NCBI GenBank assembly: GCA_963665665.1
Contig: OY762428.1
Location: 3,968,001-4,032,000 of the forward strand
Length of the DNA: 64,000 nucleotides
Direction of reading: 5' to 3'
From: Candidatus Kapaibacterium sp.
Lineage (GTDB): Bacteria > Bacteroidota > Ignavibacteria > Kapaibacteriales > UBA2268
Position numbers and translations under genes: made by a program. The notes beneath the pieces were generated by a model. It was not told where the DNA came from, did not search any database, and saw only the letters and a list, made by a program, of their open reading frames with translations. Each line of letters begins with the position of its first letter. Position 1 is the stretch's first letter. Shown here piece by piece: positions 31,614 through 40,389 of this stretch.

Positions 31614-33038
31614 CTATCTTTCAATCCTGAAGCGCAGGATTCTTATATTTTTTTCAAGTTCTAAGCGTAGGAAGTATGTACCCGAGCTAAGGCTGCCCGT
31701 GTCTATTCCGGCAGACAAATTGCCAATGCTGCCTTCGTGCGCTTTTTTGCCGTTAATATCGCTGATACTGTAATTTACAGCCGGGCCTGTTTTCTCGGTT
31801 TCAAAATTCAAAAATATTCTGTTACGTGCCGGGTTGGGGTATATGAATGCCGACTGCAATTCCTTTTGCTCCACCGATACATATTTGGGTGCAATTTCTG
31901 CAAGGTACAGATGCCTGAAATCATTCACGCCGTAAACAATCAGGTTGCCGTTGTCCTTTTCTGCAACCCCGCCAAGGTAGTTCTCGCTGTCCCTTGCCCA
32001 AATATATTTTTCTTCAATATCTCCTTCAGGGCTAAGTATTACAATCATAAAATATTTTTTATAACCATCATCGATATCTTCGATTCTGCCAAATCCTACA
32101 ATTTTATTATTCTTTAATTGTTTTACACCCTGTATTGACCACCTTTTGCCAATATCATATTGTCTGTTAAAAACAATATCATCGTTTTTATCCAGTTTTA
32201 GCAATAACCACTTTTTATCTCCTGTTTCTGGCTTTGTATAACAATTAATTAACTCTACTCCGTTTGATAAATATAAATAGCTATTATACGAGAAGCTTCC
32301 TGCCTCCGGATCAATTTTTTTCCCGGAAATATAATTCCCATCACTATCAAATATTGTCCTTACTAAATATGTCTGTTTTCCATATTCAACGTTACTTGGC
32401 CCTTTATAATCCATCCTAAACTTCTCATTATGTATAGTTTTCAAGTTGCCAGGTTGGATTTCTGTTAAAGCATCAATATCTATTTGCTCCCTATGAAGGA
32501 CAAAGGAATTAATTTTATCCATCCTTAAATTATAGCATGTAAAAACAGTAGTATCTTTAACAAAAGTATGCAGAGCATATAGGATTTTATCTCCCTGTGG
32601 ATAAAATTGAGCATTAAAATACATATCTTTTTCAGGAAATTCCTCAATTTGATTCCCCTTTTCATCAAGTATTTTCTTTTTTATATAATAACTTGAATAT
32701 TTTGAATTTTTCTGCGTGTAGTAAACAATCGAATCGTTTTCCTTTCGGACTCTGTCCTGGTAAAACTTATCGCTTCCCTTAAAAATTTTATGATAGTAAA
32801 TATCAAATTCTTTTGAGCATGAGATTATTCCGGCGCCCTGGAGATTATCATTACCGCTGATGTAAGACGCGGTATATATTAAATATAAATTCCCGTCAAT
32901 TTCATACATTTCCGGTTCCCAGGGTTTTTCATGTCCTGGCGCTTCAATAAACATTTCATTAATAATATCTGGTTCCTCGGCAAAAATATTAATAGCGCTT
33001 AAGGATAATAATAGTAAAGCAAGTCCGAATGTTTTCAT
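31614..33038 (-). CDS. T9SS type A sorting domain protein, paralog B
   Basis: Same architecture, 474 aa, 1506 bp from paralog A. Confidence 0.9.
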   Translation of the reverse strand: MKTFGLALLLLSLSAINIFAEEPDIINEMFIEAPGHEKPWEPEMYEIDGNLYLIYTASYISGNDNLQGAGIISCSKEFDIYYHKIFKGSDKFYQDRVRKENDSIVYYTQKNSKYSSYYIKKKILDEKGNQIEEFPEKDMYFNAQFYPQGDKILYALHTFVKDTTVFTCYNLRMDKINSFVLHREQIDIDALTEIQPGNLKTIHNEKFRMDYKGPSNVEYGKQTYLVRTIFDSDGNYISGKKIDPEAGSFSYNSYLYLSNGVELINCYTKPETGDKKWLLLKLDKNDDIVFNRQYDIGKRWSIQGVKQLKNNKIVGFGRIEDIDDGYKKYFMIVILSPEGDIEEKYIWARDSENYLGGVAEKDNGNLIVYGVNDFRHLYLAEIAPKYVSVEQKELQSAFIYPNPARNRIFLNFETEKTGPAVNYSISDINGKKAHEGSIGNLSAGIDTGSLSSGTYFLRLELEKNIRILRFRIER

Positions 33039-33119
33039 TTCATCTCCCGGGGTATGTGTTTGAATTTATTAAAATTACCCATCCGGCTGCTTAAAGCCGC
33101 CGGATGAGCTGCTGAATAT

Positions 33120-34544
33120 CTATCTTTCAATCCTGAAGCGCAGGATTCTTATATTGTTTTCGAGTTCTATGTGCAGGAAGTATGTACCCGAGCTAAGGCT
33201 GCCAGTGGCTATTCCGGCAGACAAATTCCCGATGCTGCCTTCGAGAGCTTTTTTGCCGTTAATATCACTGATACTGTAATTTACAGCCGGGCCTGTTTTC
33301 TCGGTTTCAAAATTCAAAAATATTCTGTTACGTGCCGGGTTGGGGTATATGAATGCCGACTGCAATTCCTTTTGCTCCACCGATACATATTTGGGTGCAA
33401 TTTCTGCAAGGTACAGATGCCTGAAATCATTCACGCCGTAAACAATCAGGTTGCCGTTGTCCTTTTCTGCAACCCCGCCAAGGTAGTTCTCGCTGTCCCT
33501 TGCCCAAATATATTTTTCTTCAATATCTCCTTCAGGGCTAAGTATTATAAGCATGAAATACATTTTATAATGGTTGGCAACATCCTTTATCCTGCCCCAT
33601 GCTGCAATTTTCCCGTTTTTTAATTCTTTAATGCCTCTTACCGACCAATTTTCTCCTAACTCATGTAATTTCTTTATTAAAATATTTCCTTCCTTATCCA
33701 ATTTTAAAAGCAACCATTGTTGATTGCCGTTTTCCGGCTTTGTACGGCAATTATAATATTCAGTTCCGTCTTTATTTTCAATTACATTATAGTATGAGTA
33801 GTAACCAACTCTCGGATCAATTTTTTTTCCTGATATATAATTTCCTTCCGAATCAAAAATTGTTCGTACAAAATATGATTGCTTAGCAAATTCCATATCG
33901 CCAGGCCCGGCATAGTCCATTTGATAATTTCCGTATGAAAGCGCTTTCAAGTTTCCGGGCTGAAATATTGTTAATACATCCATGTCAATTTGTTCCTTAT
34001 GCAGGACAAAAGAATTAATTGTATCCATCCTTAAGTTATAGCATGTAAAAACAGTAGTATCTTTAACAAAAGTATGCAGAGCATATAGAATTGTATCTCC
34101 TTGTGGATAATATTGAGCATTCAAATACATATCTTTCTCAGGATATTCCTCAAAAACATTTCCATTTCCGTCAAGTTTCTTCTTTTTTAAATAATAGCTT
34201 GAATAAATCGGGTTTTTCCGGGTATAAAATATTATCGCATTGTTTTCTTTTCGAACCCGGTCTGCCCAATCTTTAAAATCTTCTTTAAAATACTTATGGT
34301 AAATTATTTCCATGTTTAAATTACAAGCTATAATCCCTGGATTTACTTTTTGTTCATTGTTTTCTGTATAAGAGGCTGAATAAATTAAATAAAGCATGCC
34401 ATCAATTTCGTACATATCGGGTATGGCCGGGGCGTACCCGTTAGGTTGTTCAATAAACATTTCATTAATAATTTCGGGTTCCTCGGCGTAAATATTAATA
34501 ACGCTTATGGATAATAATAGTAAAGCAAGTACGAATGTTTTCAT
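33120..34544 (-). CDS. T9SS type A sorting domain protein, paralog C
   Basis: Same architecture, 474 aa, 1506 bp from paralog B. Confidence 0.9.
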   Translation of the reverse strand: MKTFVLALLLLSISVINIYAEEPEIINEMFIEQPNGYAPAIPDMYEIDGMLYLIYSASYTENNEQKVNPGIIACNLNMEIIYHKYFKEDFKDWADRVRKENNAIIFYTRKNPIYSSYYLKKKKLDGNGNVFEEYPEKDMYLNAQYYPQGDTILYALHTFVKDTTVFTCYNLRMDTINSFVLHKEQIDMDVLTIFQPGNLKALSYGNYQMDYAGPGDMEFAKQSYFVRTIFDSEGNYISGKKIDPRVGYYSYYNVIENKDGTEYYNCRTKPENGNQQWLLLKLDKEGNILIKKLHELGENWSVRGIKELKNGKIAAWGRIKDVANHYKMYFMLIILSPEGDIEEKYIWARDSENYLGGVAEKDNGNLIVYGVNDFRHLYLAEIAPKYVSVEQKELQSAFIYPNPARNRIFLNFETEKTGPAVNYSISDINGKKALEGSIGNLSAGIATGSLSSGTYFLHIELENNIRILRFRIER

Positions 34545-34628
34545 TTCATCTCCCGGGGTATGTGTTTTGATTTATTAAAAATTACCCATCCGATGACTTT
34601 AAGTCATCGGATGAGTCTTTTAAATTTA

Positions 34629-35225
34629 TTAATTGCTTAATTTAACAAATTGTGATTTTAATGATTTGCCGTCGCTGGTGTGAACTATTATATAATAAAC
34701 TCCGCTTTGCAAACCGCCAATATTTATTCTTTCCCGAATGTTGTTCGTTCCTGATTTGAATAATGCCATGCCCCCGGTTTCGCTGAAAATACTGATATTA
34801 TTTACCCGGCTTATATTGCCGGGAATTTTTAGCACGATAAAATCCGAAGCCGGGTTTGGAAAGGCCTCAATGCCTGCGGAATTGTTGCCGGGCAATAATT
34901 CAATAATCCAGTTCCGTCCGCCGTCGTCGCTCCTGTAAACAAGGCAGGATTCTGCGTCCTTTTTAAAAACAGGTTTTTGGGTTATTTGAGTAATTTTATT
35001 CCAGTTCCGCCCGGAATCGGTTGAATAGAAATCAGAGCCGTTTTGTTTCTTCCATATTGTCTCGCCAAAATCAGCGCTGCCGGGCCGGTAAAACACTACT
35101 TTCCTGCACAATTTACCTTCGTGCTGCGAACTGCTGATTTCATAAGGCAGGCCTGAAAAAACGGGAGAAGCCCCGATAACAAGCAGCAGCGAAAGCAAAG
35201 TGATTTTTTTAATTGCTATTTTCAT
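34629..35225 (-). CDS. Small T9SS substrate with two Asp-box/BNR motifs
   Basis: Signal peptide; STDSGRNW and SDDGGRNW; C-terminal FPNPA...SGVYYI sorting domain. Confidence 0.85.
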   Translation of the reverse strand: MKIAIKKITLLSLLLVIGASPVFSGLPYEISSSQHEGKLCRKVVFYRPGSADFGETIWKKQNGSDFYSTDSGRNWNKITQITQKPVFKKDAESCLVYRSDDGGRNWIIELLPGNNSAGIEAFPNPASDFIVLKIPGNISRVNNISIFSETGGMALFKSGTNNIRERINIGGLQSGVYYIIVHTSDGKSLKSQFVKLSN

Positions 35226-35237
35226 TTTATTCTCCGT

Positions 35238-36053
35238 TTATTCTTCAGGGCAAATTATTTCGCAGGGATCAAGGTATCTTTCTTCCCAGTATCCCGTGGG
35301 AGTACTTGAACCGGTACATTTATCATAGGGAGGAGTTGAATTTTCACAACTTGCTGAACTTGTTGACGATTCTGACTCCATGTAAACCTGTCCGTTGCAC
35401 ATACAGAAATACCTTGTTTGCGTACAACAGCCTTGGTTTGGCCCGTCGCAAGGCAAAGGGCATACAATCATTCTTGTTTCGTTATTTCTTGTAAACGTGC
35501 CGTGGCACAATGCCTGGCAGGCAGGCGACGAATAGAATACTTCGTAATTTTTACAATAGGGAAAGGTACAATTAGGAGGCGTTCCGCTGCAATCATAATC
35601 TGGTTTTCTTGAAGGGGCAAGCCCCGCGTAAAAATCTTCGAAAAAATCATAGGAAAGCTGGTCCATAAGGTTTGTTTTCATTACTTCAAAATTCCAGGGG
35701 CTCATGTAGGAAAAATCATCGGCATAATAGCCCGGGAAAAGGTAAGAAAGCAATCCCTGGCAAATTGTAGTATCCCAGTCCCATGAAAAAGAAATAGGTT
35801 TAAGTTGGACAATCGTTTTTGTACAGCCTCCTTCGGTATATGTACATTCGCGAAACTTGTATTTTATTGTTATCGGGCAGGTATAGCCCTGGTAGTAATA
35901 CGGGCTACTTTCAGTTTCTACAGACCAATCAAGACAATCAGCTCCTGAAGGTAAATTAGTTTCATAGCAGTCAATAGACTGTGCATTAGCGGAAATAAAA
36001 GAAACAACTATTGCTAATAATATAGCCGCTACCGGCGATTTTATCTTTTTCAT
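35238..36053 (-). CDS. Cysteine-rich secreted protein of unknown function
   Basis: ATG 36053, signal peptide ending ANA-Q; 21 Cys in the mature part; no T9SS sorting domain. Confidence 0.8.
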   Translation of the reverse strand: MKKIKSPVAAILLAIVVSFISANAQSIDCYETNLPSGADCLDWSVETESSPYYYQGYTCPITIKYKFRECTYTEGGCTKTIVQLKPISFSWDWDTTICQGLLSYLFPGYYADDFSYMSPWNFEVMKTNLMDQLSYDFFEDFYAGLAPSRKPDYDCSGTPPNCTFPYCKNYEVFYSSPACQALCHGTFTRNNETRMIVCPLPCDGPNQGCCTQTRYFCMCNGQVYMESESSTSSASCENSTPPYDKCTGSSTPTGYWEERYLDPCEIICPEE

Positions 36054-36820
36054 AAAATATTTCTCTGTAAGAATATAAAATGTTATTTTTGACAATAGAA
36101 TATATAATATATTCTATAAGCGTTAAAATATACCAATCTTTGCGCGGGCGATTTACCATGGTGGCACGCGCTACAGGGCCGATAAAAAAATATTTTTTTA
36201 TCGGCTTCTATTTTTCCGATTTTTCTTATGGCGATCTTATCATAAACCCTCCAACTAAATAGCGTATCATTGAAAACAATTTTTCAAATGCGGCGGGGCA
36301 GTTTTTCCTGTTCCACCTTGTTTTATTATTAAGCTTAAATTAATTTAATAATAATTTGCAAGAAATCCAAAAAAATATTTGTATATTGTGGAAATATTCT
36401 AACTATATATATATATATAATTTGCTTGTTGGCGGCCAACAATATTACCATACAGAAATAAAGACGTATTTGCGGAAACTATGCGGGCATTTTAGTTTCC
36501 GCATTACTCATCCGGTGGGTAGAAACAATATATAGAGAACTATTATTCAATAAAATTGATTGTTGGAGAACGGATTGCCTGCGACATTTTTGTAGAAAGG
36601 CTTCCTATAATTCTTAATTTTCAATAAGGAAATTCCCGCCTTTAGGGCATCCCTTATTATTGAGGAGTGAAAGGTGGGGGGGAAGCGGGAGAAACAATTT
36701 TGATACGAAAGTTGTGAAATATTTCTGTTTCTGTAACATTTAATCGCAAATGATAATAATTTCTTCATCCCAAGCCTTTTATCTTTTATAAATATTTGCT
36801 TATTTTTCGTTTTTTGAAAT

Positions 36821-38944
36821 ATGGTTAAAAGAAAAATGAGTAATAGTAAAATCAATCAAAATGAATTGCCCGTATGGCTGGCAATTATTCCAATTTTGCT
36901 TACAGTTGCCCTTTTGGCGGTACAATTGATCGTTTTCAGGAGTTTCGACCCGCAGGCTCCGCTTTTGTTCGGTATAATGTTTTCTGCTCTTGTTGGAATC
37001 TCCAGGGGGTGGAAATGGCAGGACATGGAGAAGGGAATGTTCAATATCATTGTTATTTCCCTGCCGGCAATTGCTATACTTTTATTAATAGGTGTACTGA
37101 TAGGTTCGTGGGTTGCTTCGGGAACAGTACCCTTTCTGGTGTATTACGGACTGGAATTGCTTTCTCCGGAAATTTTTCTTGCCAGCGGTTTTGTGCTTTG
37201 TGCAATTATGTCCCTGGCGCTCGGTACTTCCTGGGGAACAATAGGAACGCTTGGTATTGTGATAGCAGGAATAGGCGAAACAATGGGCTTTCCTTTATGG
37301 CTTTCCACGGCCGCAGTTGTAAGCGGTGCATTCTTTGGAGATAAAATGTCACCTATATCTGATACCACTAATCTTGCACCTGCAATAACCGGTACAAAAG
37401 TTTACGATCATGTGCGCAATATGGTTCCCACAACAGTCCCGGCCATGATGGCAGGGCTTGTAGTTTACCTGATAATCGGTTTTTCCTATGATATTCCGGA
37501 GATGGACCATAGCAAAGTGGATCAGTTGTTAACAGTTATTGATTCAGGATTTGATCTTAATTTCCTGACACTGTTACCGCCAATTATTATTGTTATCCTG
37601 GCTTTGAGCGGCGTATCGGCTATCCCGGCAATGTTCGGAGGGGTATTCGCGGGATTAGTAATTGCTGTGGCAGTTCAGGGCCACTCGGTCGGGGAGATAT
37701 TTGAAATCATTCGTTCCGGCTACCATATTAAAACCGGGCTTCCTTCGGCAGATAACCTGTTTAACAGGGGTGGTATCGTATCAATGAGCGATACCATGTC
37801 TATAGTTTTCTTTGCCCTGACTTTTGGCGGTATTCTTGAAAGGATTGGCGTTTTTGATGCAATATTGAAACATCTACTGAAAAGGATAAAAAAATTCTGG
37901 CAGTTGCAGGTCAGCGCTATCAGCGGTACCATTATGATGATACTCGGAACGGGTGATTCATATCTGCCAATGGCTTTTATCGGAAGATTATTTTCCAAGG
38001 CTTATGATAAATTCGGGTATTCGCGCCTGAACCTTTCCAGGGCCATTGAGGAAGGCGGAACCCTTATGACGCCGCTGATTCCCTGGAGTGCCAGTGGTAT
38101 TTTTGTTAGTACAACACTCGGCCTTGGAATCACAGAAGGCAATGTTGAGAACCTGCTTTATATTCCCTTGTCTATTGGTTGCTGGCTTTCCCCGATATTG
38201 GGTATAATATTCCCGATAATGGGTTGGTTCTCGAAAAAGGCAACTCCTGAAGAAATTAAAGCTTATTCCGGAGCGGATTCTGATTCTGCAAATATAAGCC
38301 AGCCATTCAAATCATTCCTGAAATGGTATAACCCACCGGTAAATGCTTATGTATCAACACCGGAAATAGCTTTGAAAAATGATATTTCTGATGTTGAAAT
38401 ACCGCTGAAGGAAGTTCTGGAGCACGGGAATATGGGTTTTGCCCATTCCGGGAACAACCTGGTACTTATCAATAATAATATATCATATATTGTTAATGAT
38501 GATATGAACGTAAGTCCTGTTGATGGGAATGTAAACCTTCATGCTGTTAACCTTACTCATTTTTCAAAAGATTATGACGAGACAGTTGAAACTTCTGACG
38601 GGTCTGAAATAAATAAAATTATTCCTGCTGTTCTTCCTTCGCAAAATATGATCTATGGTTTTAATGCTGATGCTGTATTTAAAGCGTTAACATTAAAGAA
38701 CGGAGGCCAATCTGTTGTAATTGAAAATACTTATGGCCGTGTATTTGGATTCTATTATCCTGATTTTATGAAGAACATTGCCGGCGGCCTGAAATTATTC
38801 TATATTGACAGTAAGCGTGAAAAAGGCGGCATGATAGAAAGCGGCTTGATGACAAAACTTGAACTGGAAATAAGCCAGATACCAAAACTTAATGCCGGCC
38901 TTCCGGTAACTGTGAACTTCCTTACAGCTGATCTTGAAGGGTAG
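36821..38944 (+). CDS. NhaC family antiporter with C-terminal acetolactate-decarboxylase-like domain
   Basis: GTSWGTIGT, SGAFFGDKMSPISDTTNLA, RGGIVSM and LIPWS motifs; extra soluble C-terminal region of about 230 aa. Confidence 0.88.
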   Translation: MVKRKMSNSKINQNELPVWLAIIPILLTVALLAVQLIVFRSFDPQAPLLFGIMFSALVGISRGWKWQDMEKGMFNIIVISLPAIAILLLIGVLIGSWVASGTVPFLVYYGLELLSPEIFLASGFVLCAIMSLALGTSWGTIGTLGIVIAGIGETMGFPLWLSTAAVVSGAFFGDKMSPISDTTNLAPAITGTKVYDHVRNMVPTTVPAMMAGLVVYLIIGFSYDIPEMDHSKVDQLLTVIDSGFDLNFLTLLPPIIIVILALSGVSAIPAMFGGVFAGLVIAVAVQGHSVGEIFEIIRSGYHIKTGLPSADNLFNRGGIVSMSDTMSIVFFALTFGGILERIGVFDAILKHLLKRIKKFWQLQVSAISGTIMMILGTGDSYLPMAFIGRLFSKAYDKFGYSRLNLSRAIEEGGTLMTPLIPWSASGIFVSTTLGLGITEGNVENLLYIPLSIGCWLSPILGIIFPIMGWFSKKATPEEIKAYSGADSDSANISQPFKSFLKWYNPPVNAYVSTPEIALKNDISDVEIPLKEVLEHGNMGFAHSGNNLVLINNNISYIVNDDMNVSPVDGNVNLHAVNLTHFSKDYDETVETSDGSEINKIIPAVLPSQNMIYGFNADAVFKALTLKNGGQSVVIENTYGRVFGFYYPDFMKNIAGGLKLFYIDSKREKGGMIESGLMTKLELEISQIPKLNAGLPVTVNFLTADLEG

Positions 38945-39000
38945 GGGGGATAATCAAGTTTCCTGGGGACAATGGAATTGCTCCGAAAGCTGGAAACTAA

Positions 39001-39068
39001 GTCATTCTGTACGCAGCAAAGAATCCTAATCTACTATGAACAATGGGTTTTTTACCGTACAGAATGAC
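39001..39068. repeat. GTCATTCTG...CAGAATGAC palindromic REP-like element (half copy near 26964-26988)
   Basis: Inverted arms GTCATTCTGTACG / CGTACAGAATGAC between convergent genes; resembles the widespread GTCATTCTGAGCGCAGCGAAGAATC repeat family. Confidence 0.7.
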
Positions 39069-39105
39069 TAAACCAATAAATTCAGAATTAAAAAAGTTAT
39101 GGCCA

Positions 39106-39681
39106 TTATTTTTTGGGAAAATTTATTACAGCTGTTTTTGAAAGCGAATCATGAAAACCATCCTGAAAAAACAGGAAAGAAAAATTTTCAAAAGGAATTA
39201 ATCTACAGAGTGTTCTGCCTATTATCCTTGCAATTCCCGGAACATCGCCATTGTAATCCACAACTTTTGTTCCGGTAAGAAATTTTCCGACAGTCCTCTG
39301 GAATTTATTTTCCATAATGCCGTAATATAAAACAAATATTAACGGATAAATAATCAGATCAAGTATAGCCATACCATTTTTCAAGCCAAATAATAATTCC
39401 AGCCCCATTGTAATTACAATAGCAATTGAAATTATTATTATCATATCAACTACCATGTGGATGAATCTTTTGAATTTTCCGGCTTCGTCAAGTTCAATTT
39501 CATCTTCAACATCGTCGGTTCTATCAGCCAAAGGATATGAAATATCAATACCCCTCGACCGAAGTTCATTTATAGCTGTTTCGATGAACTCCTCAGGGTA
39601 ATTATGCCGGTCTTTATTCACAATATAAAGAAGTTCGCTATCGTTTTTTCTCGAAACAGAGTTTATTATATCCGAATTCAT
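39106..39681 (-). CDS. RDD family membrane protein
   Basis: KRFIHMVVD, TVGKFLTGTKVV and HDSLSKT motifs. Confidence 0.88.
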   Translation of the reverse strand: MNSDIINSVSRKNDSELLYIVNKDRHNYPEEFIETAINELRSRGIDISYPLADRTDDVEDEIELDEAGKFKRFIHMVVDMIIIISIAIVITMGLELLFGLKNGMAILDLIIYPLIFVLYYGIMENKFQRTVGKFLTGTKVVDYNGDVPGIARIIGRTLCRLIPFENFSFLFFQDGFHDSLSKTAVINFPKK

Positions 39682-39734
39682 ATTATGCTCCTGCTTAATG
39701 ATTTAATAACTTGTGAGTAAATTTATAAGATAAA

Positions 39735-40388
39735 TCAACTAATCAATTTTTCAACAATTCTATAGACCTGAGAACCAAGTTCTTTTGGAATAATATCTTT
39801 GGTGTTATCATGTTCCTTACCCTGGCCAATAGCAAAATCTACCCTATCCATAAATCTTTTTGGTTTGGGATTATTCTTATTCCAACCTCCCGGAATCAGC
39901 GTTTGCAGGTATTTGTCAATATATTTTTTCCTGCCGCCGGGAACTTTTTTATTTTCAAGTAATTTCCTCCTAACTTCTGGGCTTAAACAGTTAATATCAA
40001 CAAAATGCATTGCAATCCAAATTTCAAAACAGGGATTACTGATTGCAGGAAAAAAATTTCCTTCTTCATTACACATCAGAACAATTTTATTAAGATTTTT
40101 CCATCTATCAACATCTACGATCATCCAAAATTCATCAGAAGGATATAAATGATACTTTTCCTTAATTTCATCTTTTAAAAGATTGAAAACATGAATTGGA
40201 GCGCTCCTTGTATCATCCTTTCCTCTTTTAATAATATGAATATGAATATTCGACGGAATCATTTTGTTATCAATTAATTCCCTGAAATACTTCTCTTCCG
40301 TAATATTCCCTTCGAAAGTCAGAATATATATTTTTTCCGGTTCGATGATATCAGAATCTCTGTATAAATGTGATCTTTCCCGTGCCAT
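39735..40388 (-). CDS. RloB family (TOPRIM-like) protein
   Basis: EGNITEEKYF, VDVD and SNPCFEIWIAMHF motifs. Confidence 0.88.
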   Translation of the reverse strand: MARERSHLYRDSDIIEPEKIYILTFEGNITEEKYFRELIDNKMIPSNIHIHIIKRGKDDTRSAPIHVFNLLKDEIKEKYHLYPSDEFWMIVDVDRWKNLNKIVLMCNEEGNFFPAISNPCFEIWIAMHFVDINCLSPEVRRKLLENKKVPGGRKKYIDKYLQTLIPGGWNKNNPKPKRFMDRVDFAIGQGKEHDNTKDIIPKELGSQVYRIVEKLIS

Positions 40389-40389
40389 A

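Larger units (their letters stand above)
30067..34613. repeat. Four 27-bp intergenic hairpins (30067, 31573, 33080, 34587) in two alternating variants
   Basis: CATCCG-GCTGCTTAAAGCCGC-CGGATG alternates with CATCCG-ATGACTTTAAGTCAT-CGGATG. Confidence 0.9.

Noticed and set aside
30108-34544. Diversity-generating retroelement
   Set aside because: No reverse transcriptase in the window; variation is block-wise and not adenine-specific, and the 3' ends are the conserved part.
36450-36820. Lysine or SAM riboswitch before nhaC; ZTP riboswitch before glyA or purH
   Set aside because: Consensus cores were not found by eye; cmscan would be decisive.
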